Virus record (IMG/VR): IMGVR_UViG_3300031998_000040
Location: 34,345-98,344 of that record
Direction: 5' to 3' (one strand)
Source: a virus
Lineage: Duplodnaviria > Caudoviricetes
Length of the DNA stretch: 64,000 nt
The position numbers and the translations under genes were made by a program. How positions within the stretch are numbered: the stretch's first letter is position 1; each line of letters starts with the position of its first letter. Under the pieces are notes generated by a model. It made no database searches. It was not told the origin of the DNA and saw only the letters and a program-made list of their open reading frames with translations. This document shows positions 16,979 through 25,049 of this stretch, one piece after another.

Positions 16979-17680
16979 TCATTTTCCGTCATCATCCCCG
17001 CGTATGAGCCGCACGATCATCTTGAAGAACCGATAGAGGATGACGCAGATTTCGGCGCGGGTCGCCCCCTGATTCGGCTTGAAGCTCCCGTCCGGGAATC
17101 CCTTGATAATCCCGTTTTCCTGCGCCCATCGGATTTCAGTTTCGGCGTAATGCCCGGTTACATCGTCTACTACAACAGGTTCTGGCTGATAGTTCGGACG
17201 GCATACCCCGACCACGTTCTTGACGCTACGCAGCTTCTTCGCCACACAGCCGCCGTTATATTCTTCTTGCGGAGTTCCCTCCACGCCGGGGGTCGTATTC
17301 CCCTCGATGGTGTACCAAGTCCCGGCCAGCTTGCCTTTCTCGACAACAAGGCCGCAATGCTCCGTGTCGAGTTCGCCGTTCACCTTTTTTCCAGAGAAGT
17401 TCAGGATCAGGATGTCGCCGACCTGAATCTCGGAGTTCGGAACGGTTTGGCCTTGTTCTCGGTAGCAGCGGAGAAGCGTCCGGCACGAAGCGGTCTTACC
17501 GCCGTTGTAGAACGCCATCCGTTCACCGGCCTTGTTAAACCAATAGGCGGGTGCCATAACACACCACGGCTGCCCGTTCACGCCATACCATTCACCGAAC
17601 TTTGTCTGATTACTGTTCGGTGGGAATTCTGTATAGCCGAGGTCTTCCAGCGCCGCGTCAATAACCGCTTGCTTGCTCAT
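16979..17680 (-). CDS. Endolysin, CHAP domain plus SLH domain
   Basis: GQPWC, EHCGLV, TIEGNT; SLH motif GIIKGFPDGSFKPNQGATRAE; AAGGAG 7 nt before ATG17680. Confidence 0.9.
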   Translation of the reverse strand: MSKQAVIDAALEDLGYTEFPPNSNQTKFGEWYGVNGQPWCVMAPAYWFNKAGERMAFYNGGKTASCRTLLRCYREQGQTVPNSEIQVGDILILNFSGKKVNGELDTEHCGLVVEKGKLAGTWYTIEGNTTPGVEGTPQEEYNGGCVAKKLRSVKNVVGVCRPNYQPEPVVVDDVTGHYAETEIRWAQENGIIKGFPDGSFKPNQGATRAEICVILYRFFKMIVRLIRGDDDGK

Positions 17681-18344
17681 ACTCATTCTCCTTATGCCAC
17701 TCATAACCACGGTAGGATTTCAGGTGTCCATTAGCGGCCTGTTGCACACACCAACGGTCATAACCGTGTTTATCAGCTTCCACAGCGGATGCGAAGCGAA
17801 TGATTTCTCCTGTCTGGTTATGAATTCCAATAACCGGGATTGAACGAACCCGTCTGAGTTTTTCAATACCTTCCTCTGACCAGTTCTTTTTCTTCCCTGT
17901 CAGACCAGCAGAAACCCTGAGATTGTGAGTGCCGTAGTTGCAGTTATACTTTGCCGTACACCATTCCAGATTTTCAACACAGTTATTGTGCTTGTTCTCG
18001 TCCTTGTGGTTTATGAACGGTAGCTCTTCTGGATTAGGTATGAACGCTTCAGCGACAAGGCGATGAATCTTCACGTCCTTCCGCACTCCGTTCACGCAAA
18101 AGTTGAGGCACAAATACCCTCGCCGTTCTATCGGCCTGAGGATATGCCAATCACGGTTACGAACACGACCCATGTTGCTGACTTCGTATCTGGTTTCGTA
18201 ACCTTTGGCTGGTCTCCACTCCTCCTGCTCCCCTTGCAGTTCAGGCCACCATTCCGACCAGTATTCGACCCGATTCGACTCAGCCGGGTCTTCGTGTACG
18301 CCCAGCTCTCCCCGGGCGATTTCGATTACTTTTGATAGGCTCAT
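17658..18344 (-). CDS. NUMOD4-HNH endonuclease fused to an endolysin-like N-terminus
   Basis: EEWRPAKGYE..YEVSNMGRVR; IHRLVAEAFIPN; INHKDENKHNNCVENLEW; first ~40 aa resemble the lysin N-terminus. Confidence 0.9.
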   Translation of the reverse strand: MSLSKVIEIARGELGVHEDPAESNRVEYWSEWWPELQGEQEEWRPAKGYETRYEVSNMGRVRNRDWHILRPIERRGYLCLNFCVNGVRKDVKIHRLVAEAFIPNPEELPFINHKDENKHNNCVENLEWCTAKYNCNYGTHNLRVSAGLTGKKKNWSEEGIEKLRRVRSIPVIGIHNQTGEIIRFASAVEADKHGYDRWCVQQAANGHLKSYRGYEWHKENEYEQASGY

Positions 18345-18355
18345 GCTGTCCTCCT

Positions 18356-18745
18356 TTACGGCGGCGTTGTCGTGACCGTCGGGGCGTTCCCCTCAAACAT
18401 GATAACGCCGATGTGCATATTGCCGCTGGCATTTACTAACCGGATGACATTGTTCCCCTGCGGCGTTACGGTCGTACCCGATTGCGAGATCGCCAAAAGC
18501 GTGACCATTTGCAAATCCGAGGTGGACCCGCTGTTAAAAATGTAAAACCCGCTCTTTGCAACGGCGACAGTACCGACGCCGGTAAACGATATCAGCCCCG
18601 TTTTGATGCCTGTCGGAAATACCAGGTAGTATGTGGCATTCGCAGACAGGTTAAACATGGCGGATGCGGATATCCCGCCGATGCCAAGCAGCCCCTTTTC
18701 CTCCGGTACGCCTGGCAGCGGTCGTTCTCCCGTCCCGCTCGCCAT
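18356..18745 (-). CDS. Tail-fibre-associated hypothetical protein
   Basis: Coupled to neighbours; GGAGG RBS; beta-rich. Confidence 0.65.
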   Translation of the reverse strand: MASGTGERPLPGVPEEKGLLGIGGISASAMFNLSANATYYLVFPTGIKTGLISFTGVGTVAVAKSGFYIFNSGSTSDLQMVTLLAISQSGTTVTPQGNNVIRLVNASGNMHIGVIMFEGNAPTVTTTPP

Positions 18746-19003
18746 TTATTCTTCCTCCGTCTCAGCCGCAGAGGCCGCAGAGTGCTTATAGCATTGATGG
18801 TAGATGGGAAATCCCTCCGCTGTCATCAGGATCGCAGCATGGGACGGCAGCTCGCTCACAGCAGCCGCCGCAAGAACCTCATGATACTTGCTTTCTCCCT
18901 TGAGACGTGCCTTTTCGGGGTTTTCGTCATAGGCAAAATGGACAATATGCCCGTATTCTCCGTTATCGTATTGCTGGATCTCCACGATGTAATACTGTTT
19001 CAT
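18746..19003 (-). CDS. Small tail-associated protein (possible fibre chaperone)
   Basis: Directly follows fibre gene; YYIVEIQ...ESKYHEVLAAAA. Confidence 0.65.
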   Translation of the reverse strand: MKQYYIVEIQQYDNGEYGHIVHFAYDENPEKARLKGESKYHEVLAAAAVSELPSHAAILMTAEGFPIYHQCYKHSAASAAETEEE

Positions 19004-19004
19004 A

Positions 19005-20345
19005 TCAATTCCCCTTTCTGACAAGCAAAATGTTTGCCGTTGTCGCTGCCGTCGCGGTGCCGCTCAGGGTAAAGCTCCCTGCCCCCGTTGTCCAAGTAAA
19101 CCCCGCTGTGATATAGCTCGGATCAGCCCACTCTATCCGGGCAAGCACATAGCCTGCGGTGATTTTTGCGTCGGAAATGCTCAATATCTGCTGACTTGTC
19201 CCAGCAGAAACCGCAACGGAGGAAAACCAAAGTCTCCCGTCCGCGATGTTGTTTCCCGCCCCATCCCGGTCCGCTACTACGCCGTCTGCGCTGGTTGCGG
19301 TTGTTGGCTCTGAAACTTGAAGCGCCGTGAAATATGACGATATATTCTTGTAGGCACTACGGTCTGATGACAGTAGATTATAGAACAAGACATATGATGG
19401 TGCGAGTTTGTGGATATAAAGTGTTACCGTCTCCGTTGTCTGGTCTACGGTATATCGGATATCGTTCACAGAATATCCGTTTTTTGCCCACCAGCGAACA
19501 GTCGCACTGATGCTCCCTCCGTTTTCGTGATGGAATCGACAGTTCAGTAGCCCCTGGTATGCATTCTTACCATCCGTGAAAAATAGCAGAAATTTCGTAG
19601 TTTCATTATTTGGAAGCGTGAACTGCATAAACTGAAACCAAACTCCGTCAGACCCGCTAAGGCGATAGATATACCGCAGATTGCTTGCACCAACCGCAGT
19701 CCCGCCGGAAGCCAGCGCCCCCACATCCGCAGCCGTCAGGTCGAAATCTCCCGTCAGGGGATGCCCGTTGATCTCCAGTGCAGCCGCCGCCCTGGTCGTG
19801 TCCGTTGGATGGACGTGTCCGCCGTCTGCCCAGTTCCCCGTACTGCCGGGGCTGGCCGTGCCGTCCATCTGCGGGTTGGAAGAATAAGCAGGAGGAACGG
19901 TAGGGATGACTCCGTTTGCGAGATCGCTTGCCGGGATGCCGCCGGACGGCTTCTGATATGCCGTGTCCGCTTTATTCAGCGATGTCTGCACCGCAGAGGT
20001 CATATCCGTAGACGGAATACCCCCGCTGGGCTTGCTGTATGTGCCGTAATCCGTTCCGGGCGTTGCGGCAGATATGCCGCCAGCACCGTCACCCTTGAGG
20101 ATGCCATTAACAAGGATTTCGCTCTGCGCCCCCACGTCCGACGCATCCAAAACGATATCGTCATCCAGAGCTTCGCCGTTGATCGTCCGGCTGCTTGGCA
20201 CAAAGAATCCCGCGAACTGCTGACGAAGCCACGCCAGCACCGTTGCAAAGGTGAACCGGCTGTTTTCTCCGCTGTGCAGTCCGACAATGGCGTCCGACGC
20301 TTCGACGTTGTTCGCCTGCGGGAACTGGCTGTATTTCGTAGCCAT
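19005..20345 (-). CDS. Tail fibre protein
   Basis: RTING..L..DIVLDASDVGA, KPSGGIP repeats, DGGHVHPTDT. Confidence 0.8.
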   Translation of the reverse strand: MATKYSQFPQANNVEASDAIVGLHSGENSRFTFATVLAWLRQQFAGFFVPSSRTINGEALDDDIVLDASDVGAQSEILVNGILKGDGAGGISAATPGTDYGTYSKPSGGIPSTDMTSAVQTSLNKADTAYQKPSGGIPASDLANGVIPTVPPAYSSNPQMDGTASPGSTGNWADGGHVHPTDTTRAAAALEINGHPLTGDFDLTAADVGALASGGTAVGASNLRYIYRLSGSDGVWFQFMQFTLPNNETTKFLLFFTDGKNAYQGLLNCRFHHENGGSISATVRWWAKNGYSVNDIRYTVDQTTETVTLYIHKLAPSYVLFYNLLSSDRSAYKNISSYFTALQVSEPTTATSADGVVADRDGAGNNIADGRLWFSSVAVSAGTSQQILSISDAKITAGYVLARIEWADPSYITAGFTWTTGAGSFTLSGTATAATTANILLVRKGN

Positions 20346-20355
20346 AGCTGTACTC

Positions 20356-20523
20356 CTACTCCGTGATGATGTATTCTCCGGTCTCTGTCACGATATCGTC
20401 TTCATCCTCGGTGATGATGTAGCTGTTCGACGGCGGAGGGGGTATCCTTCCCTGCGGCGCACGGCCCAGCCGAAGACCCGCCTGCAAACCCGCGAAAAAA
20501 CTTTCAATGTCGAAGTTCGTCAT
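20356..20523 (-). CDS. Small virion-associated protein (55 aa; not in ORF track)
   Basis: MTNFDIESFFAGLQAGLRLG...YIITEDEDDIVTETGEYIITE*; ATGA overlap; exactly fills the gap. Confidence 0.75.
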   Translation of the reverse strand: MTNFDIESFFAGLQAGLRLGRAPQGRIPPPPSNSYIITEDEDDIVTETGEYIITE

Positions 20524-21056
20524 ATCGCCCTCACATTTGCCGCCTCCAGCATGGCGACGACGATTTCCGGCGGGGGCGGAGTGTCCCAGTTCGGATATCC
20601 CGCCGTTCTCCCCTGCGCGTCAAATACGGGGAGGTCCGTGTTCAGAGACGTGCCGCCGCCCCACTGGGAATTCTGGTTGAATCCGGAGTAGTACCACGTC
20701 TTCCCCAAATAGCTGCAGGTTCCCTTGACGCTGGTCCACCATCCGTCTTCCGTGTTGAGATACAGGGTCATATACTGCGGGTTGGTGGAAATAAGGAAGA
20801 TGCCGATCCAGTCGCTCCCGTATCCGGGAGTTGACCCGTTGATAAGGTAAACGCCGACGCATTGCCCGGAATTCACCTTGATATAAGGCGATCTGCTGCT
20901 GTGGTCCGCCGTCGCCAGGATTCCGGGCAGCGTCACCAGCCATTCTGAATCCGCCGTCCAGCCCATCGGGTTCCCCGGTGCCATCGGCATCGGCGGCGTC
21001 CAGAGCGTCCGTCCGACCGCGAATCCGGCGAGAAAGCTTTCCTTGTCGTAAGGCAT
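20520..21056 (-). CDS. Tail-associated hypothetical protein
   Basis: Coupled to neighbours; N-terminal YDKESFLAG. Confidence 0.7.
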   Translation of the reverse strand: MPYDKESFLAGFAVGRTLWTPPMPMAPGNPMGWTADSEWLVTLPGILATADHSSRSPYIKVNSGQCVGVYLINGSTPGYGSDWIGIFLISTNPQYMTLYLNTEDGWWTSVKGTCSYLGKTWYYSGFNQNSQWGGGTSLNTDLPVFDAQGRTAGYPNWDTPPPPEIVVAMLEAANVRAI

Positions 21057-22066
21057 CACCAGGTCACCGTCGTTTCGTGTCCGTCTCCGTCCGTGATCTT
21101 GACCGGCCTGCCGCCGCTGTCAAAGTCCACAAGGAAGGTGTGGCTCGCTCCACCGTCCACCGTCTCGGAAAAGTATCCGTTATCCCATGTCGAAAAATTC
21201 AGCGCCGTGGGCTTTCTCAGCCCGTACAGGTCCATATAGCCTGCGTCCAGCATTTTCAGCCCCGCATCTTTGCCGCTGCTGTCCGTGAAGCTCATGTCGA
21301 AGCCGTCGCTTGCTTTCTTTAGGATGCTTTTGGTCCGCCCGTTGGCGTCCCCTTCGCCGAAGGTCAGCGTGGGTATCCCTGCGCTGTCGTAGGCGAAGGA
21401 TGCTTTCACCGTGTCGGAATAGGTGTAGGTATAGACCGGCCAGTCCGTGACGACGAAGGAGGAATAGATGCGGTCTCCCGCCACGTCCACGGGGGACCCG
21501 TCCGGCAAATGACCGGCAGGCTGCGCCTCCCAATACAGATTGTTGCCGTATCGGTCCTGCGCCTGCACCGGCGTCTGCGACGTGACGGTCCCCGTGACGA
21601 ATTGAAAATAGCCGTCCTGAATCCTGAGATAAGTGTCATCGGAGGTATCCTGCAAAAAGTATTTGCGGACTCTGCTGCTGGTGCTGAGCCTGTCGGCGGT
21701 GATCTGTGCGATGCCCCCAAGGTCGTTCACGCTGCCTCCGCCGCCACCGCCGCCGTCCCCGAAGCCGCTCATGTCCGTGCCGCAGAGGATAAAGGCGTTG
21801 CTGGCGTCGCCGAGCTGGATGACCAGCACCTGCTTCCCCGGCTGTGCTTCCGATGCCAGGGCCGGTGGGCAGCGCAGCGTCATGCTCACGCTGTCAAAGG
21901 GTCTGCTGACCGTCAGCGTCCCGTCCCCGTTGTTGGCCTCTACCGTGGCCTTGTATCCGTTCAGGGAGTGGTTCAGAAGTTCGGCGGTGACTCTGGGGCC
22001 GATATAGCGTTCAAAGAGCTGCTTTGCCAGCTCCGCCATCGCCTCGATCTCGCTCCGTCCTTCCAT
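21056..22066 (-). CDS. Tail tip/baseplate-associated protein
   Basis: N-terminal spike-like beta domain, Gly linker; late operon position. Confidence 0.65.
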   Translation of the reverse strand: MEGRSEIEAMAELAKQLFERYIGPRVTAELLNHSLNGYKATVEANNGDGTLTVSRPFDSVSMTLRCPPALASEAQPGKQVLVIQLGDASNAFILCGTDMSGFGDGGGGGGGSVNDLGGIAQITADRLSTSSRVRKYFLQDTSDDTYLRIQDGYFQFVTGTVTSQTPVQAQDRYGNNLYWEAQPAGHLPDGSPVDVAGDRIYSSFVVTDWPVYTYTYSDTVKASFAYDSAGIPTLTFGEGDANGRTKSILKKASDGFDMSFTDSSGKDAGLKMLDAGYMDLYGLRKPTALNFSTWDNGYFSETVDGGASHTFLVDFDSGGRPVKITDGDGHETTVTW

Positions 22067-22131
22067 CTGTCACCACCCCCTTCCGATGTTTCGATTGCCC
22101 GTCTTGCGCGTCGTCCTCGCCCCAGCGGCCG

Positions 22132-23484
22132 TCACACGAACCAGAAAATGTAGGCGGATTTATAATTGCTGCCGGGATCATCTGTCGTTACGGTGCTGCC
22201 CGCCGTGTAATTCTCTGCGTTGATTGTTCCTCCGCTGGAACTGTTGAACGTACCGTAAAGAACCATCCCGGAATTTGTGTTGGTTCCTGTGCATACCGCG
22301 TCCGCCGTGGTAGCCGCCGCGTCGATGGTGTCGTATGCGGTATCCACCAGCGCATACAAAACGCTTGTGTAACCGGAATAAGAAGACAGGGAAACACCGA
22401 AGCTGTCGCCGGAAGTAACATCAACATCGAAGCGCATGATCCGGTAATTTCTCCGGTTCGTACCGCTGCTTTCATATGCGTGATATGCCAGAGATTCCCC
22501 AGTGATTGCAGTGCCGTTTTGTGTCGCGGAAATATTCAGGTCATAGGTGGAAGCTTCGCTGTTCAAGGCAATCACAAACAGCTTGTAGCTTCCGTTGGAA
22601 TTCGTAGTAAAGGAAACACTTGTCGCTCCGGAACCGCTTTTCACGATTGCCGCTCGGTTTTCTGTCGGCGCAATATACAAATATGCCGTTCCAAGGCTTA
22701 TGGTGTCCCAGGAAGGTATATCATTAAATTGATTTACGGCAGCAATACTGGTAAGTGCGCTTGGATTCTTCAGCGTTCCGTCGTCTGTATGTCCGGCGAC
22801 AGAACCTCGGACAAGGTACTGATTGTAACTTTCATTGTTATGCTTCAGAAGAAGGCAACTGCCCGTACTAAGATTGCTTCCACTCGTGCGTCGGATAAGC
22901 GTTTCTTGTTGCGGTGTGAAGAAATTGAGATATTGCCACACGGTAGGCAAATAGCTTGAATCAACGTAATCATACGATGTTGTGATAAAAAACATTCCCG
23001 GATAATTGGGAAATTTAACGCTCACCTTGAAAGCAAATGCGGTTTTCAGACGTTCTGTGTCGATTGCTGTCCCGCTGTTTGCGGGGATATAACCGCACAA
23101 ATCCTCGAAAACAAGCGGAGAGTATTTGTCAGAGATTACAACGGCAGAAACCATAATTGCCTGGGTGATGCTGATGGTTGTGGTCGACGTTAATGCACCA
23201 TAGTATATGTCAAGGCGTTCGGAGGTATAGATTCTAGTGAGATCTGATACCGGTATCGGAGTGATATCACTTGTTGATTTTGTAATTCCGATGATGACTT
23301 TTTTCCCAATGGCGCTTTCTCCCAATATACCCTCTTGAACAATATTTCTAGTCGTGCCCGTTGTTGAATCATAAAACCATCCACTTCCACTCGTTGATTC
23401 CAAAAACGGACCGTCAAAAAGTCCAACGGCAGGCGTTCCGCCGCCGCCGCCGCCCATCATGATCGGATTTCCCCAAATGCTCAT
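22132..23484 (-). CDS. Putative receptor-binding/tail appendage protein
   Basis: Poly-Gly N-terminus; S/T-rich; lower GC; ATGA coupling. Confidence 0.7.
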   Translation of the reverse strand: MSIWGNPIMMGGGGGGTPAVGLFDGPFLESTSGSGWFYDSTTGTTRNIVQEGILGESAIGKKVIIGITKSTSDITPIPVSDLTRIYTSERLDIYYGALTSTTTISITQAIMVSAVVISDKYSPLVFEDLCGYIPANSGTAIDTERLKTAFAFKVSVKFPNYPGMFFITTSYDYVDSSYLPTVWQYLNFFTPQQETLIRRTSGSNLSTGSCLLLKHNNESYNQYLVRGSVAGHTDDGTLKNPSALTSIAAVNQFNDIPSWDTISLGTAYLYIAPTENRAAIVKSGSGATSVSFTTNSNGSYKLFVIALNSEASTYDLNISATQNGTAITGESLAYHAYESSGTNRRNYRIMRFDVDVTSGDSFGVSLSSYSGYTSVLYALVDTAYDTIDAAATTADAVCTGTNTNSGMVLYGTFNSSSGGTINAENYTAGSTVTTDDPGSNYKSAYIFWFV

Positions 23485-24269
23485 ATCGTTTCCTCCACTG
23501 TGCATAGCACGGTCATTTCCGCTTGCGGCGCTTCCCCCAGGGCGTAGGCCGTCAGCGTTCCCGCGTTGTTTTCGATGACGAGGCCCGTCACCCCGCCGTC
23601 AATGAGACTTGTGATCTGCGCAGCCGTGGGCAGCAGGTCGATCTTGCTGTTTGCCGTAACCGAAGCGCCCAGCACCGTCACCGTCTGCGTATAGGGGCTT
23701 GCTTCCCCCGTCCACGTCGTACCGAGCGTGATGCTCCCGGTCTTCTTCGGCGGATTATCCTCGCTGTACTGCGTCACGTTGGCGACGTTTCCCAGTCCGA
23801 CCTGCGAAGCCGTAACGCCGTGGGGGTTGTCCCTGCTGCGCTCGTGTTCGCTCAGGTCGCTTGCGAGATAGGCTCTCGCCCAGTGCGCCGCGTCCCACGC
23901 CTCCGGCTCGGAAATGTCCACCGTCGCCCGGTACAGGATGCCGTTGTGTAGCCGGTATGACCCCCGCAGATACCCCGTCGAAGGGCTGTATTGAAGCGCC
24001 AGGTTGATGTTCGGGTCGTCATTCAGCGCCCACACGTTCGCTTCCGTCGCGCTGACCCGGCACTGCCATATCTGATTGGGAGATACCGAGATATCCACAT
24101 AGAGCTGGCCCACCTTGCCGTTTGTGTACTGCGTCGGCGCTCCGGCCCCGTAAAGTATCTGATTGTCCTCGATGGTTTGGGACATGGCCCCAAGCTCGTC
24201 GTCGTTGATGGCCGGAGGCTGCTGGTCCATCCATTCCGGCGCGATGTATTTCCCGTTTGTGACCGGCAA
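23481..24269 (-). CDS. Tail fibre adaptor, paralogue of the N-terminal part of 15122-16948
   Basis: Collinear similarity over ~260 aa; TTG start after AAAGGAGG. Confidence 0.8.
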   Translation of the reverse strand: MPVTNGKYIAPEWMDQQPPAINDDELGAMSQTIEDNQILYGAGAPTQYTNGKVGQLYVDISVSPNQIWQCRVSATEANVWALNDDPNINLALQYSPSTGYLRGSYRLHNGILYRATVDISEPEAWDAAHWARAYLASDLSEHERSRDNPHGVTASQVGLGNVANVTQYSEDNPPKKTGSITLGTTWTGEASPYTQTVTVLGASVTANSKIDLLPTAAQITSLIDGGVTGLVIENNAGTLTAYALGEAPQAEMTVLCTVEETI

Positions 24270-24312
24270 ATCCCCCGGCCTCCTTTCCCGTCTCCCGTCC
24301 CCCGCAGGACCG

Positions 24313-24762
24313 TCACAAAAACTTGTGCTCCCTCGCGCATTCGTCGTAGACCTTCCGTATGATCTCCGAACTCCGCAGCGTCAGTTCGTTCTTGAATTTC
24401 GGATGGTCTGCGCAGTATTGGTCGTAGACGGTGATATCCTGCAAGCACTGCTCGAAATTCCCCTGCGTGTGCAGGTGCTTCGGCTCGTTGATAAGCTCGT
24501 CGGCAAAGCGTAGTATCCTCGTCCGGCATTGGACGGCGTAACGCTCGTCATCAGCGGCGATGTGGTCTTTCAGTTCCTTCTTCACGTCGGAAAGACTGTC
24601 CAGTATCTGCTTCAGCTTTCCCTTCTTTTCGTCCCGCTTTGCCCATATCCGGTTGATGACAAGCGTGATAATGCCGAAGACTCCGCCGATGATCGCCGCC
24701 ATGACCCCCGCCGTTTGCAGCAAGGAAGCAAAGGTTATGGTCTCACTCGCCGCGTTCTCCAT
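24313..24762 (-). CDS. Holin-like membrane protein
   Basis: One N-terminal hydrophobic helix; RTRILRFADE...Y..YC..HP.FKN. Confidence 0.6.
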   Translation of the reverse strand: MENAASETITFASLLQTAGVMAAIIGGVFGIITLVINRIWAKRDEKKGKLKQILDSLSDVKKELKDHIAADDERYAVQCRTRILRFADELINEPKHLHTQGNFEQCLQDITVYDQYCADHPKFKNELTLRSSEIIRKVYDECAREHKFL

Positions 24763-24979
24763 CCTCCGGCTCCTCCGTCTTCTTCTTTTTCTTCGCCGCT
24801 TTCTTCTTCGGCGCGGGTTTTTCCTGCTCGGCTGCTTCCGTTTCGGGAACTTCAATCTCCCGGATTTCGGCGATCTGCCCGCTCAGCTTCCGCACCCGGT
24901 CTTCCCCCGTCAGCCAGTATTTCCCGGCTTCTCCCGTGATCTCCCGTGTGCTCCCGTCTTTGAAAACCAGAATCTTCAT
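24743..24979 (-). CDS. Small Lys-rich hypothetical protein
   Basis: AAAGGAG RBS. Confidence 0.7.
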   Translation of the reverse strand: MKILVFKDGSTREITGEAGKYWLTGEDRVRKLSGQIAEIREIEVPETEAAEQEKPAPKKKAAKKKKKTEEPEDGERGE

Positions 24980-25001
24980 AATATCCTATATCTCCTTTCA
25001 A

Positions 25002-25017
25002 CGGCGTTTTCGCGCCA
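25002..25017 (-). promoter_or_regulatory. Candidate late-gene regulatory motif, copy 3
   Basis: TGGCGCGAAAACGCCG; also at 41680-41695 and, with 2 mismatches, 54155-54170. Confidence 0.5.
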
Positions 25018-25049
25018 ATTTATAAAATGCGTTCTCAGAAACACCCGTC

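Noticed and set aside
17658-18344. Intein or group I intron in the endolysin or recombinase
   Set aside because: The HNH ORFs end in stop codons, lack intein C/S...HN termini and leave almost no non-coding room for a ribozyme core; both host genes are complete without splicing.
15122-23484. Diversity-generating retroelement targeting fibre tips
   Set aside because: No reverse transcriptase and no template/variable repeat pair differing at adenines was seen in the window.
13151-24269. Recombinase-driven tail-fibre shufflon
   Set aside because: All fibre genes share one orientation, and no inverted crossover repeats or promoterless inverted tips were seen.
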